The notes beneath the pieces are model-generated. The model was given only the letters and a program-made list of their open reading frames with translations, was not told where the DNA came from and made no database searches. A stretch of 64,000 nucleotides of DNA from Cyanidioschyzon merolae (taxonomy: Eukaryota): NCBI GenBank assembly GCA_000091205.1, contig AP006497.2. One strand, given 5' to 3'. Every line of letters starts with the position of its first letter. Within the stretch, counting starts at the first letter, position 1. The translations under genes were made by a program, and so were the position numbers. This document shows, in pieces, positions 41,176 through 51,222 of the stretch.

Positions 41176-44100
41176 ATGAGCGCCGGTCCACGTTACAGCG
41201 ACGAGTCAGGCACGTTCTTGCTCGAAACGAGCCGTTTGGCTCGGCGCCGAAGAGCCGTCGTCGAGGAGCTGTGGAACCATCGTCTGGCGTGGCCACCAGC
41301 ACAACTGCATCACGTTTACCAGGGCACGTTTTATACGAGCCTGAATGATCTAGACGTTGCTCGAAGTGCCTTCCGCGAGTCTCACGTTCCCTTACGCGAA
41401 GCGTTGGGCACCGAAATCCAAATGCTTCTGGGTTTCGACCTTGATAGTGGAAAGTGGTGCGGCCGTATGCCTGCACCGCCTCCGTTGCCGGACAGTTTCG
41501 TGTACAAAGTGCTTTTCGAGTCCGGCTTGCCTTGGCAGGAAAGCGTGCTCGCGCTTGGGTATATCCCTTTCCAGTATGGTTTATCTGGCGATGCTACCGA
41601 TCGGTTAACCCGGTTTCGTGAAACCTCTTGGCGCAAAGCACCAAGGGCGGCACCAGCAGGCGCACCCGAACAGAGTCGTGGACGCTCGCTAAAGAACAGC
41701 TCCTTGGTGGACACTACGCAACCAGTGATAGTACCTTTGCGCTTGAGCGCCGTCCTCCTGGAGCAGGCAGTGACCTTTCTAATGACAAGCGTTTCTGGAG
41801 CTTCTTTGGAGGACCCCGACACGATCGTCGTTAGAGAACGCACGAGCGCTGTTCTCTGTGGAGATGTACAAGTTGCTTCGCAGGATGAATCGACGCCATC
41901 GTCGATACCAACATTGAAACCTCACCATGAGTTCTCAGATCGTGTACAGCAACAGACGCATCGCGCCGAACCCGCCACGGATATGGCGGTTGGAGAAAAT
42001 AGGTCCAGGAGGACAACACCTGCTTGCGTGCGTCGCATGAATGTGTGCACTGGTGAAGCGCATGCAACGGCACCTAGTAGAATCACGTCGCCTACTCGGC
42101 CGGATAGGTACCAAGCAGCGTTTGGGCATCGAGCCAAAACAGGTCGATTAGCGGCCTCATCTCATGCCAGCGCTGCTGATGCTGCTGCTTCCGCGTCTAC
42201 GAATACAGCCCCAGCAGGTACGGGACAATGCGAGCAGAATGACCTGGCGCAGCGAGAGCGGCATTTTTTGATAGGGAGACATATCGCAAGGCTTCCATCG
42301 ATGCTAGCGCGCTGTTTGCTCATTCGTCTGATTGCCACAAACCAGCTAACGCTGCCGCTGCTATGCCTTTTCCAGGGATTGGAGCTGCCGATCCTTTCGC
42401 TGAGATCGTGTCGTATGCACATCACCGACACGTGGATGCCGTTAATTGGGACTTTTGTGGGGCTCGAAGAACTCGATCTCTCGTTCTGTCATCGCATCAC
42501 TGACCAGGGTATCCGTTTCCTCGCTAGGCGTTACGGATCCGAAGAGAACACCGAGGAGCCGTCGGTGGCGTCGAGAACGCTGCGATCGCTTTCTCTCCAG
42601 GGGTGCAACCAGCTGACCAATACGGCAGTTTTACACCTGGAGGCGTTTCCGCGGCTGAAACGACTCGACGTGAGCGATTGCCCCAATATGGGGAATGCGG
42701 CGCTTCAGGTTCTCGCGGAGCGCTTTCGGCTGAGAGCACTCTCGGTTGCTCGTTGCGAGCGGGTCGGGAGCTCCAGCATAGCGGCGCTGTTACGGGGAGA
42801 AAACCACAATCGCATGGCATCTAGCAAAAGCGTACAGCTCGACCAGAAAGCACCCATCGAAGAGGTACCGTTGGAGACCAATGAATGTCAGTTAGAGTTT
42901 TTGGACGTTTCTGGATGCCCAGCTGTTGGCGAGTACGCCTTTCTTGGATCCGCAACACGCTTCAGTAATCGTATCGCTGCGAACGCTGCATCGCCGTCGA
43001 CCGGCTTGCCGCTTCGGACTCTGCGTTTACGAGGATGTACGCGGGTCAACGACACGGTTTGCGAACAAATAGGGCATCTGTTCCGAAATCTGCAGGAGCT
43101 GGACCTTTACGGGTGTGCACGCGTTACCGATCGCGGCATACTAGACTTGGTACGAAGCCTCGAAGAATCCCTCCAGGTGCTCTGCTTGGCGGAAACCCAG
43201 ATTACGGACAAGGGGCTCGCCGCATTGGCACAGCTGCGGTGTTTGCGTCGCTTGCACCTGACCCGCTGTCGACGGCTGGAGTTTGCACCAGGTGTTATGG
43301 AGATGTTCTGTACCCGAATGGCTGCGCAGGCGAGTCTGAGCGAACTCCGATTGCGCTCTCTGCCTTCGGTGAACGCCCGAGTCATCGCAGAACTGAGCGG
43401 TTTGTTTGTCGCGGGCGAGCTCAAGCATTTGAATTTGACGGACTGCCACCAGGTGAACGACGAGGCACTGCTGGCTCTGGGCGAGGCGCTGCGCGTACGC
43501 CTTATGGACGCCACGCCTCGAACGTCGTCAAGAACGGGAAACTCCTCAGCTGTCGCCACACAGCGACCTCCGCGTTGTCTCGTACAATCTTTATCGTTAC
43601 GGAATACCGGTATCCGCGATACAGGCCTAATATTCAAGGTTTTTATTGGCATGCGTCATCTGGACCTGGGCGAGTGCCCGACCCTAGAGAAACTGGATAC
43701 GCTCTTTGGCGACATTGCCGAGGCGGAGGAAGCACTTGCACGTTTCGGACGCCGTTCGATGCGCCTAGAGCGGCCTGCGGTGCCCACTGCGAACCGCACC
43801 AGTGCGCCTGCCTTCAGTGCCTACGAGGGCATCGTTTCAGGCACCTGCAGCCGTGCTTGCCGCGATTCGCATGATGACGTCGCAGACTGGCGAGGTCGCA
43901 CAAACACCAACACAGAGGATGCCGGCTGCTGGGCGCCTTGGGGCCTCGCGAACGCACGCGCCTCACAGGAAGCGGGGTTGTCCCATGGACCAAGCGCACT
44001 GCCCGTGGTCCCTCCCTGGCTGAATACGCTCGAATATCTGGACTTGTCCCATTGTCAGTCGGTTTCATTCGCAAATCTGCGTACACTGCGCTCAGAAAGT

Positions 44101-44838
44101 TTGCGAATCCTCATACTCGATCATTGTTCTGGGGTGACAAACGCATGCGTCGCCCTGCTTGCCTATCACGTACCGAATCTCCAGGAATTGAGCCTGCGCT
44201 TCACTGCCGTTGGTGACCTGGGAATTGCCGCTTTTGCGAACCGCTTCCGGCATTTGGAGAAACTGCACCTTCGAGGCCTACCCGATGTGACGCATGTTGG
44301 CATACGACGACTTGCTGCGTCTCCACTGGCGACGAAGCTCCGTGTTTTGGAGCTTGCCGAGTGTCCAGCGATCGGCGAACTTGCGCTCGCATCCCTGAAT
44401 GGCATGAAAGCGCTCGAATATCTGAGCCTCAAAGGATGCACCGAAATCAACGACGCTGCATTGCGGCAATTAGAAGACGTACCAGTTTTGACGGTTCTTA
44501 ACCTGCGGCAGTGTCCTTTAGTGAGCAGCAAACAGATTGAATTGTTGCGCAGTCGACTGCCAAGTCTTGTCGAAGTGAAATTTTCAAATGAATCCAGGGG
44601 CCTTGCGGAGCACACCGGCACGCCGAGTGCGCTTGTGGATAGCTTTCTCGCCTACGTTCATGGCGGTTCGCGAAGATCACCAACGGGTCGAAATCAGGCG
44701 CTTGCGCGGCAGCAACAAGTCGATGAGGCAGCACCGTCTCCGACTCGCATTTTTCTGGACATGTTTGACGCTTGGGAGATGGGACAGCGTTCAGCCCGAC
44801 GCCGCTGCAGCCGTAGTAGCAGCAGCGCAAACCGCTAA
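41176..44838 (+). CDS. F-box/LRR-repeat protein (FBXL/GRR1-type cysteine-containing leucine-rich repeats)
   Basis: Many LRR_cc units of the form L..L.L..C..(I/V)TD.G(I/L): LEELDLSFCHRITDQGI, LRSLSLQGCNQLTNTA, LKRLDVSDCPNMGNAAL, LQELDLYGCARVTDRGI, LRVLELAECPAIGELAL and so on. A putative F-box-like LPSMLARCLLIRL lies upstream of the repeats. The track start is GTG 41056; the first ATG is 41176. Confidence 0.65.
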   Translation: MSAGPRYSDESGTFLLETSRLARRRRAVVEELWNHRLAWPPAQLHHVYQGTFYTSLNDLDVARSAFRESHVPLREALGTEIQMLLGFDLDSGKWCGRMPAPPPLPDSFVYKVLFESGLPWQESVLALGYIPFQYGLSGDATDRLTRFRETSWRKAPRAAPAGAPEQSRGRSLKNSSLVDTTQPVIVPLRLSAVLLEQAVTFLMTSVSGASLEDPDTIVVRERTSAVLCGDVQVASQDESTPSSIPTLKPHHEFSDRVQQQTHRAEPATDMAVGENRSRRTTPACVRRMNVCTGEAHATAPSRITSPTRPDRYQAAFGHRAKTGRLAASSHASAADAAASASTNTAPAGTGQCEQNDLAQRERHFLIGRHIARLPSMLARCLLIRLIATNQLTLPLLCLFQGLELPILSLRSCRMHITDTWMPLIGTFVGLEELDLSFCHRITDQGIRFLARRYGSEENTEEPSVASRTLRSLSLQGCNQLTNTAVLHLEAFPRLKRLDVSDCPNMGNAALQVLAERFRLRALSVARCERVGSSSIAALLRGENHNRMASSKSVQLDQKAPIEEVPLETNECQLEFLDVSGCPAVGEYAFLGSATRFSNRIAANAASPSTGLPLRTLRLRGCTRVNDTVCEQIGHLFRNLQELDLYGCARVTDRGILDLVRSLEESLQVLCLAETQITDKGLAALAQLRCLRRLHLTRCRRLEFAPGVMEMFCTRMAAQASLSELRLRSLPSVNARVIAELSGLFVAGELKHLNLTDCHQVNDEALLALGEALRVRLMDATPRTSSRTGNSSAVATQRPPRCLVQSLSLRNTGIRDTGLIFKVFIGMRHLDLGECPTLEKLDTLFGDIAEAEEALARFGRRSMRLERPAVPTANRTSAPAFSAYEGIVSGTCSRACRDSHDDVADWRGRTNTNTEDAGCWAPWGLANARASQEAGLSHGPSALPVVPPWLNTLEYLDLSHCQSVSFANLRTLRSESLRILILDHCSGVTNACVALLAYHVPNLQELSLRFTAVGDLGIAAFANRFRHLEKLHLRGLPDVTHVGIRRLAASPLATKLRVLELAECPAIGELALASLNGMKALEYLSLKGCTEINDAALRQLEDVPVLTVLNLRQCPLVSSKQIELLRSRLPSLVEVKFSNESRGLAEHTGTPSALVDSFLAYVHGGSRRSPTGRNQALARQQQVDEAAPSPTRIFLDMFDAWEMGQRSARRRCSRSSSSANR

Positions 44839-45177
44839 CTTGGATCTCGTATAACGACTGCAAGTTGCCACGCTTCTGGATTCGCACATGAACGCTCCCC
44901 AAAGACCGGGTCGAATGCAGGCTACAGCGAGCGCTCGGGCACGCGGAACCGAGACGCTTTCCGTTTAGACCGTTATCACATGCGGCGACGATGCGTTCTT
45001 TCGGACGACGACGAGACCGCCATACTTGCCTCCGTCAAGCGGTGTTTTCTGGTCGCATCCGGTTCACTCGCTACTCGGCGACGTAGAGACGTCAGGTGCC
45101 GTCTCAGAGCACAGCATCCGATCGATTGATGCACCTCAAGGCACAGGGCGCCTTTGTTGCAAGCATTGCCGCCAGTA

Positions 45178-45201
45178 GCGGCGGCGGCGGCGGCGGCGGC
45201 G
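45178..45201. repeat. (GCG)8 trinucleotide repeat
   Basis: gcggcggcggcggcggcggcggcg, in the convergent 3' intergenic region. Confidence 0.9.
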
Positions 45202-45831
45202 CCTGACACGACTGCCGTGCCCTGTAGTGCCTCGCTATGTACGAATACAGCCCAGGCGCATGCCCTGTGTATGTGTGTGTGTGTACAGACCTCGGCGGAG
45301 AAGTTGCGGCGTGAAACGCTTCGGTGCACAACTGGGTCACGCTAGTGCAGAGCGAGCGTTTCTCGCATGCGAACACTGCACAGGCTGAATACAGGCGAAC
45401 AGATGGGACGCTGGGGCCTGGTTACCCGCTGGGATTCCCTCTCGCGGCTGGCAAGTTGCCCCAGTCATGTCTGGCCACTCGCTTCTCATCGCGTAAAGCG
45501 CTTTTTCGCGAGACGGCGTCGTCTGCGCATGCCGGCTACGACGCCCTGCAGCATATCACGAGGGGATCAGCGGCAGCCCGCGTCGCCGCTGTACAGCGCA
45601 TCCCAGGTCACATCAGCACCTGGAGCATTGTTTAAACGTACCGCGCTTCTCAAGCCAAGTGCGGTTTATCGCGTGCTTTCGAAGATAGGGAATGGCTCTG
45701 GAACGGAGAGCTGGTCGCTTTCCCAAATGGCGATGCAGAAACGCATATCCCTGCATCCTTGGTTCGATGCAACGCGTCCACAGAAAAACGTGCCGCAGAG
45801 GCGCGATCACCGCTACGTCATCTTTATCCAT

Positions 45832-47931
45832 TTATATACTATATCGTCCAGATTCTTCCGTGCTGCCCGATGCCTTGTGTCTGCCGTTCGCATCCGCCTC
45901 GTGTGATAACGACAGCACCGCTACCGTCTCTATATGCGGTGTGTGCGGGAACTGGTCAACCAGCGCCACTTTCTCCAGGCGATACCAAGGTGCATCTCGC
46001 AAGAGTAGGTCTAGGTCACGCGTCTGGCTCGCTGGATTACAGGACACGTATACAAGGCGGCGCGGTCGTAGTGCCGGCGGTGCACCGGCGATCGCTTTGA
46101 GCTGCCGCGGGTGCACGCCGGCACGCGGCGGGTCCATTACCAGCAGGTCCACTGGATGTTGCCGCGCCAGCGGCAAGTGTCGAAAGATGACTTGCCACAA
46201 GTTCTCTTTCTCCAGGTCCGTCACTTGAAAAACCGTGTTTGTGCGTGCATTGAGTCTGGCGTTCGTGCGGGCGTCATCGACGGCACTCGCCACGAGCTCC
46301 AGTCCCAGAACTTGCTCGGCGAAAGGTGCCAAGCAAAGCGCAATGGTGCCAGTGCCGCAGAAGAGGTCCACAACGAGCGCACCGGTGTCTTGTCTGGCCT
46401 GCGGGCTCGACACGGCAAGCTCGGCAGAAGACTCTGCAGCGGGTGACACCTGACCGACGCTCGGCTGTTCCAGGAGGCCGCTGTTCTCCAGAACAACCGC
46501 CATGAGCCGTTCAGCTTGTGCTGGATTCGTCTGAAAGAAGGAATTCGCGGAAATCTGAAAGTTGATGCCCGTCTCGGACCAGGAGCTGGTTTGGATTCGA
46601 GAGCGCACGTGGCGAAGCGGACGCAGGCACTGTTCGATGGTATCCTGGGTACCTGCCAGGCGTCGTTGGCTCTCTCCGACCGCAACTCCGGAGCGATTGC
46701 TGGTAATGTTTTGCAGCACGCAAACAAGGCCACGATTGGTCTCACCGAAAGCTTTCCACAGCGCAGCCGCAACGTCCTCCAGTGCAGCCTGCTGGTGAGC
46801 GTCTGCCGGTGGGCTCGTGACTAGGTTGACCATCACCTGCGTCTGATTGTGTCGGTCTTGAGCTGTCCGAATGACCAGGTTGCGCAGGAAACCAACGTGT
46901 TCCACGAGGTCGTAGGGCGGCAAGAGCGTCTCGGCCAGCGGTCGACAATGACGCTCGACGAAGCGAAGGATTTCGTTCGCGACGTCGATCTGAAGTGCGC
47001 AGTCCTCAATGCAGAGCACCTTATCGTAGCGTCGCGGTACGTGCAGTCCCAGCGCAAACCCAGTGCGCATGTCCTCACCGCTTTCCGGAGCTGTGTCCGT
47101 CCCGGGTCGTTTCCTACCAGAACTAACCGTGTTTTCGTCTCGCGTGGACGTGTCCCGGCCCTGACGCAGCGTGACCTTTCCGCTATCGTCTGCTGTATTC
47201 GGTTTCGGACGCCATACACGAGTTCCAAAGGTGAAATCCATCTTGTTCCGATACGCGTAGAGTCCTGTAGGCACCGTTGCTCCTACGGCCGGTAAGAACT
47301 CTACCGATGCCTCAGATGCAAGTCCATCTGTCTCCAGACGGCGGAGCAAGGCCCGATACATGTCACGAACTTGCTCCTCCTTCTCGGACAACTGTTTTGT
47401 GTAGATCAAGTTCTGAAACTTGCAGCCTCCACAACCTTCGAGGAAGTGTCGACACAGTGGCGCAGTTGCGAACATCGAGGGTGGATCTAGGCGTTCCACC
47501 ACTATCGCCTCCGCATGGTTACGTTTCCGACGAATGATGCGAGCACGCACTCGTTCTCCTGGAATGGCGTTGTGGACGAGCACCACGAATGACTCGTTCT
47601 CACTCAGTTGCAAACGACTGACGCCCATGCCAGTACCGTGCGCCAGTGACTCGACAGCGAGCTCCACCAGGAGGCCGCGCGAGGGCGACTTTTGTGACGA
47701 GGGCGCTCCAGGTCCATCGGTCGCTACCATGGTAGCGCTAGAGAGTCGCTCGCCCGCTGAAAAGTGTCGAGTTTGACGACTCCTGTGACACGGACGCTGC
47801 CAGACGCGTGCCCTGTAGATAATCGGTGAAAGCACTCGCGCAAAAGCAGGTTTTAGCGACACAGGTCTTTCGAAAAGTGAAACATACGTTCGTTCGACCA
47901 GGACAGCACCAGTGCGAATCTCTGTCCGCAT
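45832..47931 (-). CDS. TRM2/RumA-family RNA (uracil-5)-methyltransferase
   Basis: ATG at 47931. TRAM-like VLVHNAIPGERVRARIIRRK. Fe-S-type Cys cluster CRHFLEGCGGCKFQN. SAM-binding VVDLFCGTGTIALCLA. C-terminal nucleophile motif LVYVSCNPAS. Confidence 0.85.
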   Translation of the reverse strand: MRTEIRTGAVLVERTYVSLFERPVSLKPAFARVLSPIIYRARVWQRPCHRSRQTRHFSAGERLSSATMVATDGPGAPSSQKSPSRGLLVELAVESLAHGTGMGVSRLQLSENESFVVLVHNAIPGERVRARIIRRKRNHAEAIVVERLDPPSMFATAPLCRHFLEGCGGCKFQNLIYTKQLSEKEEQVRDMYRALLRRLETDGLASEASVEFLPAVGATVPTGLYAYRNKMDFTFGTRVWRPKPNTADDSGKVTLRQGRDTSTRDENTVSSGRKRPGTDTAPESGEDMRTGFALGLHVPRRYDKVLCIEDCALQIDVANEILRFVERHCRPLAETLLPPYDLVEHVGFLRNLVIRTAQDRHNQTQVMVNLVTSPPADAHQQAALEDVAAALWKAFGETNRGLVCVLQNITSNRSGVAVGESQRRLAGTQDTIEQCLRPLRHVRSRIQTSSWSETGINFQISANSFFQTNPAQAERLMAVVLENSGLLEQPSVGQVSPAAESSAELAVSSPQARQDTGALVVDLFCGTGTIALCLAPFAEQVLGLELVASAVDDARTNARLNARTNTVFQVTDLEKENLWQVIFRHLPLARQHPVDLLVMDPPRAGVHPRQLKAIAGAPPALRPRRLVYVSCNPASQTRDLDLLLRDAPWYRLEKVALVDQFPHTPHIETVAVLSLSHEADANGRHKASGSTEESGRYSI

Positions 47932-48309
47932 CCACGAGCAGTGCGAAAGGGCAAGTACTCGGAGCCTGGAAACACAGCGTCAGTGCCAGTTCGAGACTGA
48001 GCGACCTGCGTCCGTCTTGGTAGAGGTTTTCAACTTGGCAGGCTCGCGAAGCCGACTTTTCGGTTAAGGGACGCACTGTTGCTGCTCTTTAATCCTAACG
48101 AGAGCTTGCCTCTTCAGCAGAGACTACCGCGTTCCAATAGCCCCGCAGTAAAGTTCGTGAAGAGAATAGAGTCTGGTTTTTCACGCGGCTCTGCGGGGGT
48201 AGCGTCTACCGCTGGTGTTTTAAGAAAAAGCGGTACGATGTGTGGTTTTGGAGCAAAAGAGCATCGCGCAGCGTAGATATGTCCTCGATGACAGAACGTC
48301 TCCATTGAT

Positions 48310-50278
48310 CAGGGATCCCAGATTGCGGGATGGATTTCGGCAAGCGGGAAAGTGTTTATGAAACTGTACCCTACCTTCAAGTTCCATTACCCATACTTGC
48401 TTTCGGATATACAGGTCTTTTCATAGGTTCCATCCAGCGGCGAATGGCTGCCTTGAGCACTCGCCGTAGCGCCTGCACCGCTCAAGCAGATGCTGCATAG
48501 AGAGTCAGAGGGGCTCTGCAATACCACAGAGGGCGTCGGCTCGAGGCGTCATTCATTCAACCTCGACTCGAGATTCGTAATGAAACTGGGAGCCTGCAAG
48601 CGCTGCTGGCAGACCTACTGTCTGCGGCAGCGCGAAGCAACAGACTAGGAGTCCACTGCGACCAGGGCGACGCCCAGACGCAGTAAAGCGGCGTCTAGAC
48701 CCAGAATGAACTGCGTTGCGGAAGAGTTGAACAGGTCTCACGAAAGCACCTGCCACTGGAGGAAGCATAAAGCGCGACCCGGGCAGACTCGTCCAGGTCG
48801 CGGGACCTTCCGCCTAGGGGGTAAGCTTTTGACGGCATCGGAAACTTTCCCCTCGTTTCACGTCTATCGTAAAGCGGGGAAGGAATCGTTATCTCGTTGC
48901 TATGTAGTGGTACGTTGCTGTTATTTTGTCTATACGGCGCTCGACAGGCGCACCTGGAATATCTGGCGGTCACGAGACAAGACGGATATCTCGCCGTTGA
49001 AGGGAAACCCGATCGTGATCATTTGCGTGTTGCTCTGACGTACAAGTTGTGTTTGCGTTACAGTCGTGCCAAAGTACAGTGTTTCATCTCGATGGTGTTT
49101 CGACCATCAAGCAACGATATTCCGGTAGTTTTCGCGCAGTTTGTATCAGAAGCGTTCAAAAAGCGTTCTTTTTCAAAAAAACAAAAAAGGAAAGTTTTGG
49201 AGAGGCAAGTCGACGATCCCAGAGGCCAAGTGTCACCGGATGCCGGAAAAAGCGGAGAGCACTGCCGAGCCCAGAAGCACTGGAGAGGAGTGCGACGCGG
49301 AAAGTGCATGAGAACGACTTGGTCGTTGGTGCAGACGCCGGAAACACGAAGATCAGGAACCATCGCCGTGCGCGAGTGTGCGGAAGATGGCGTGGACGGT
49401 AACCTACGTCCGAAAGACATGCGGCTTTTGAGCTTCTCGAGAGCGAGATGCTATCGAGAATCTGGAATCATGAATGCAAGGACAAAAATCGAGACGTGGA
49501 ACGCAGGAATGAAGGATCACGTGGAAGCTTCGAGCGATGTGACGAGCCGAGGAGCAGACTTTCAAACTTTTCTGAAATGCATGGAAGTTCGCGTCGCTGA
49601 CTGGGAGGCGCTGTGGAAAGCGTATCCAAAGCCCCGGTGGGCTCGTCTGCGTATGCGTCTATACTGTGGGAAGCAGCGCGCATTCGCCAATTTTTTCAAT
49701 CCACTGAACGCCTTGAAGGAGGACGAGGGTCAGAGGCTCCTAGTAGCGTACGGAGCAGGGCGCTGGATGACCCAAAACAGGATATACGCCAGCTCCAACA
49801 ACAAGAACGTACAAGGAGCGCGCACGGCGTTTTGTCACCATACCGATAGATGCGTTCCGAACATCGTACACACACCATGAGCTGGGCTGCACGCTTCAGA
49901 GGGTCGAGATAGAAAAGTGCCAGCGGGGCCCTGAGCATTTAAAAAAGTACGGAGCGCCGACGGAAGAGCAAATGGAAAGGAGGGCAAAAGTGCGAGAGCT
50001 ACTCGCATTAGTATATACAACCAGTGATGGCAAGAAACGTATGGAATTCGTGAACCGAGACTTGAACGCCGCTATCAATATTCGGAGAAGTGCGGTGATG
50101 GGGAAAAGACCTCCAGAGTTGACAGGAGAGAATTTTGTGGGGCAGCGTCTCATGGTCGAATTGTACAGAATGAAAATGAAGCCAGTTGTAGGTGGCCAGT
50201 CGAGCGAGACAGTGAGGCTTCGGCGTTTCAGTTGGAGACGTTTTGTGTAGGGCGCGTTTGCCGCCACTGCTGTGCACC
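48310..50278 (+). mobile_element. Copy B of the ~1.97-kb TnpB/Fanzor-like element
   Basis: See copy A. It has the same two-frame gene structure and the same frameshift. About 12 substitutions relative to A cluster in 39176-39700/48897-49421, and most are non-synonymous. Confidence 0.65.
48897..50250 (+). pseudogene. TnpB/Fanzor-like RuvC nuclease gene, copy B, with the same +1 frame split
   Basis: The 327-aa frame-1 ORF differs from A at about 9 residues (for example GVDGNL vs GMDGNL). The frame-2 C-terminal part, including NRDLNAAINIRR, is identical to A. Confidence 0.6.
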
Positions 50279-50328
50279 GCTGACGACTGCTTTCGACTTT
50301 TGAAAGGCGTTTGCTAGCGGTGTAAGCG

Positions 50329-51222
50329 TTGGCGCACCTCCGGAGGACTGACACTGGGCCCGGGCGGTCATCTGTGCAACAGTCGCATGTTCTCGGTATT
50401 CTTCGCTCATATCTGCTTCGCCCGCTCACCACTCGTGGACGCAGTCACTGGCACGCAGTACCGAGCCGAGCACTCGTGGCCGTAGCAGAGCGCCCTGCTG
50501 GCCCTGGAGGCGTGCAAAAGCGCACCGAACGCGTCGTACCGAGTGAGGCCGCTCGACAGGAGCGCACTGCCCGTCTGCGTCGCGCCGTAGACCTTCCACA
50601 AAATCGCATTTATCCCTTTCTAGAGCATAAGGTTGCTGGCGAGGCCAAACGCAAGGACCTCCTGGCCGTTCTGGAGCAGGACTCGAGTCGCTTCGAAGAT
50701 GAACGAGCCATTCGTGACTGGGTTGAGTCACAGATTCAGGAAGCGATTCGGCAAGGGGCGTTCGAGCGGCTCCCGCGAGGGCCACTGCAGCTGCCGCAAC
50801 CACCACTCGGTGTCGACCTTGTCACGTATACCATGCATGGTCTTTTACAGCGGCACGGACTGCGACCTGTCTGGATAGAATGTATGCATGAAGTAGACGC
50901 CGAAGTGAAACGTATTCGTCTGGCTCTGGAACGAGCGTATCGAGCTCGAGTTGCTACCGCCGAGGACACGTCACCTGCGAGCACAGCACAACGAGCTGAG
51001 CGCTGGGAGGCAGCAGCGCGGGAGCTCCAGGAACAGATGCATCAAGTGAACCGACGAAATGATGCTTTTAATCTCATGAAACCCGAGCGCCTGGACACTG
51101 TTTTCCGACTGCGCATGCGTTGGGAGCACGAATTCATGCGCGTCAAGCAACGAGTGGAAAGCGAGTACTCAGCTGAACCGCGTAGCAGTTTAGCTCCGGA
51201 GGCAACGGACCCGAAAGCTTGA
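50329..51222 (+). CDS. DUF1992 (DnaJC28 C-terminal domain family) protein; start codon unresolved
   Basis: IRDWVESQIQEAIRQGAFERLPRGPLQL resembles the DUF1992 core (W.E..I.EA...G.FDNLPG.GKPL). The ORF opens at TTG 50329 immediately after a TAA. The first in-frame ATG falls only at about residue 165, downstream of the conserved core. Confidence 0.45.
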   Translation: MAHLRRTDTGPGRSSVQQSHVLGILRSYLLRPLTTRGRSHWHAVPSRALVAVAERPAGPGGVQKRTERVVPSEAARQERTARLRRAVDLPQNRIYPFLEHKVAGEAKRKDLLAVLEQDSSRFEDERAIRDWVESQIQEAIRQGAFERLPRGPLQLPQPPLGVDLVTYTMHGLLQRHGLRPVWIECMHEVDAEVKRIRLALERAYRARVATAEDTSPASTAQRAERWEAAARELQEQMHQVNRRNDAFNLMKPERLDTVFRLRMRWEHEFMRVKQRVESEYSAEPRSSLAPEATDPKA

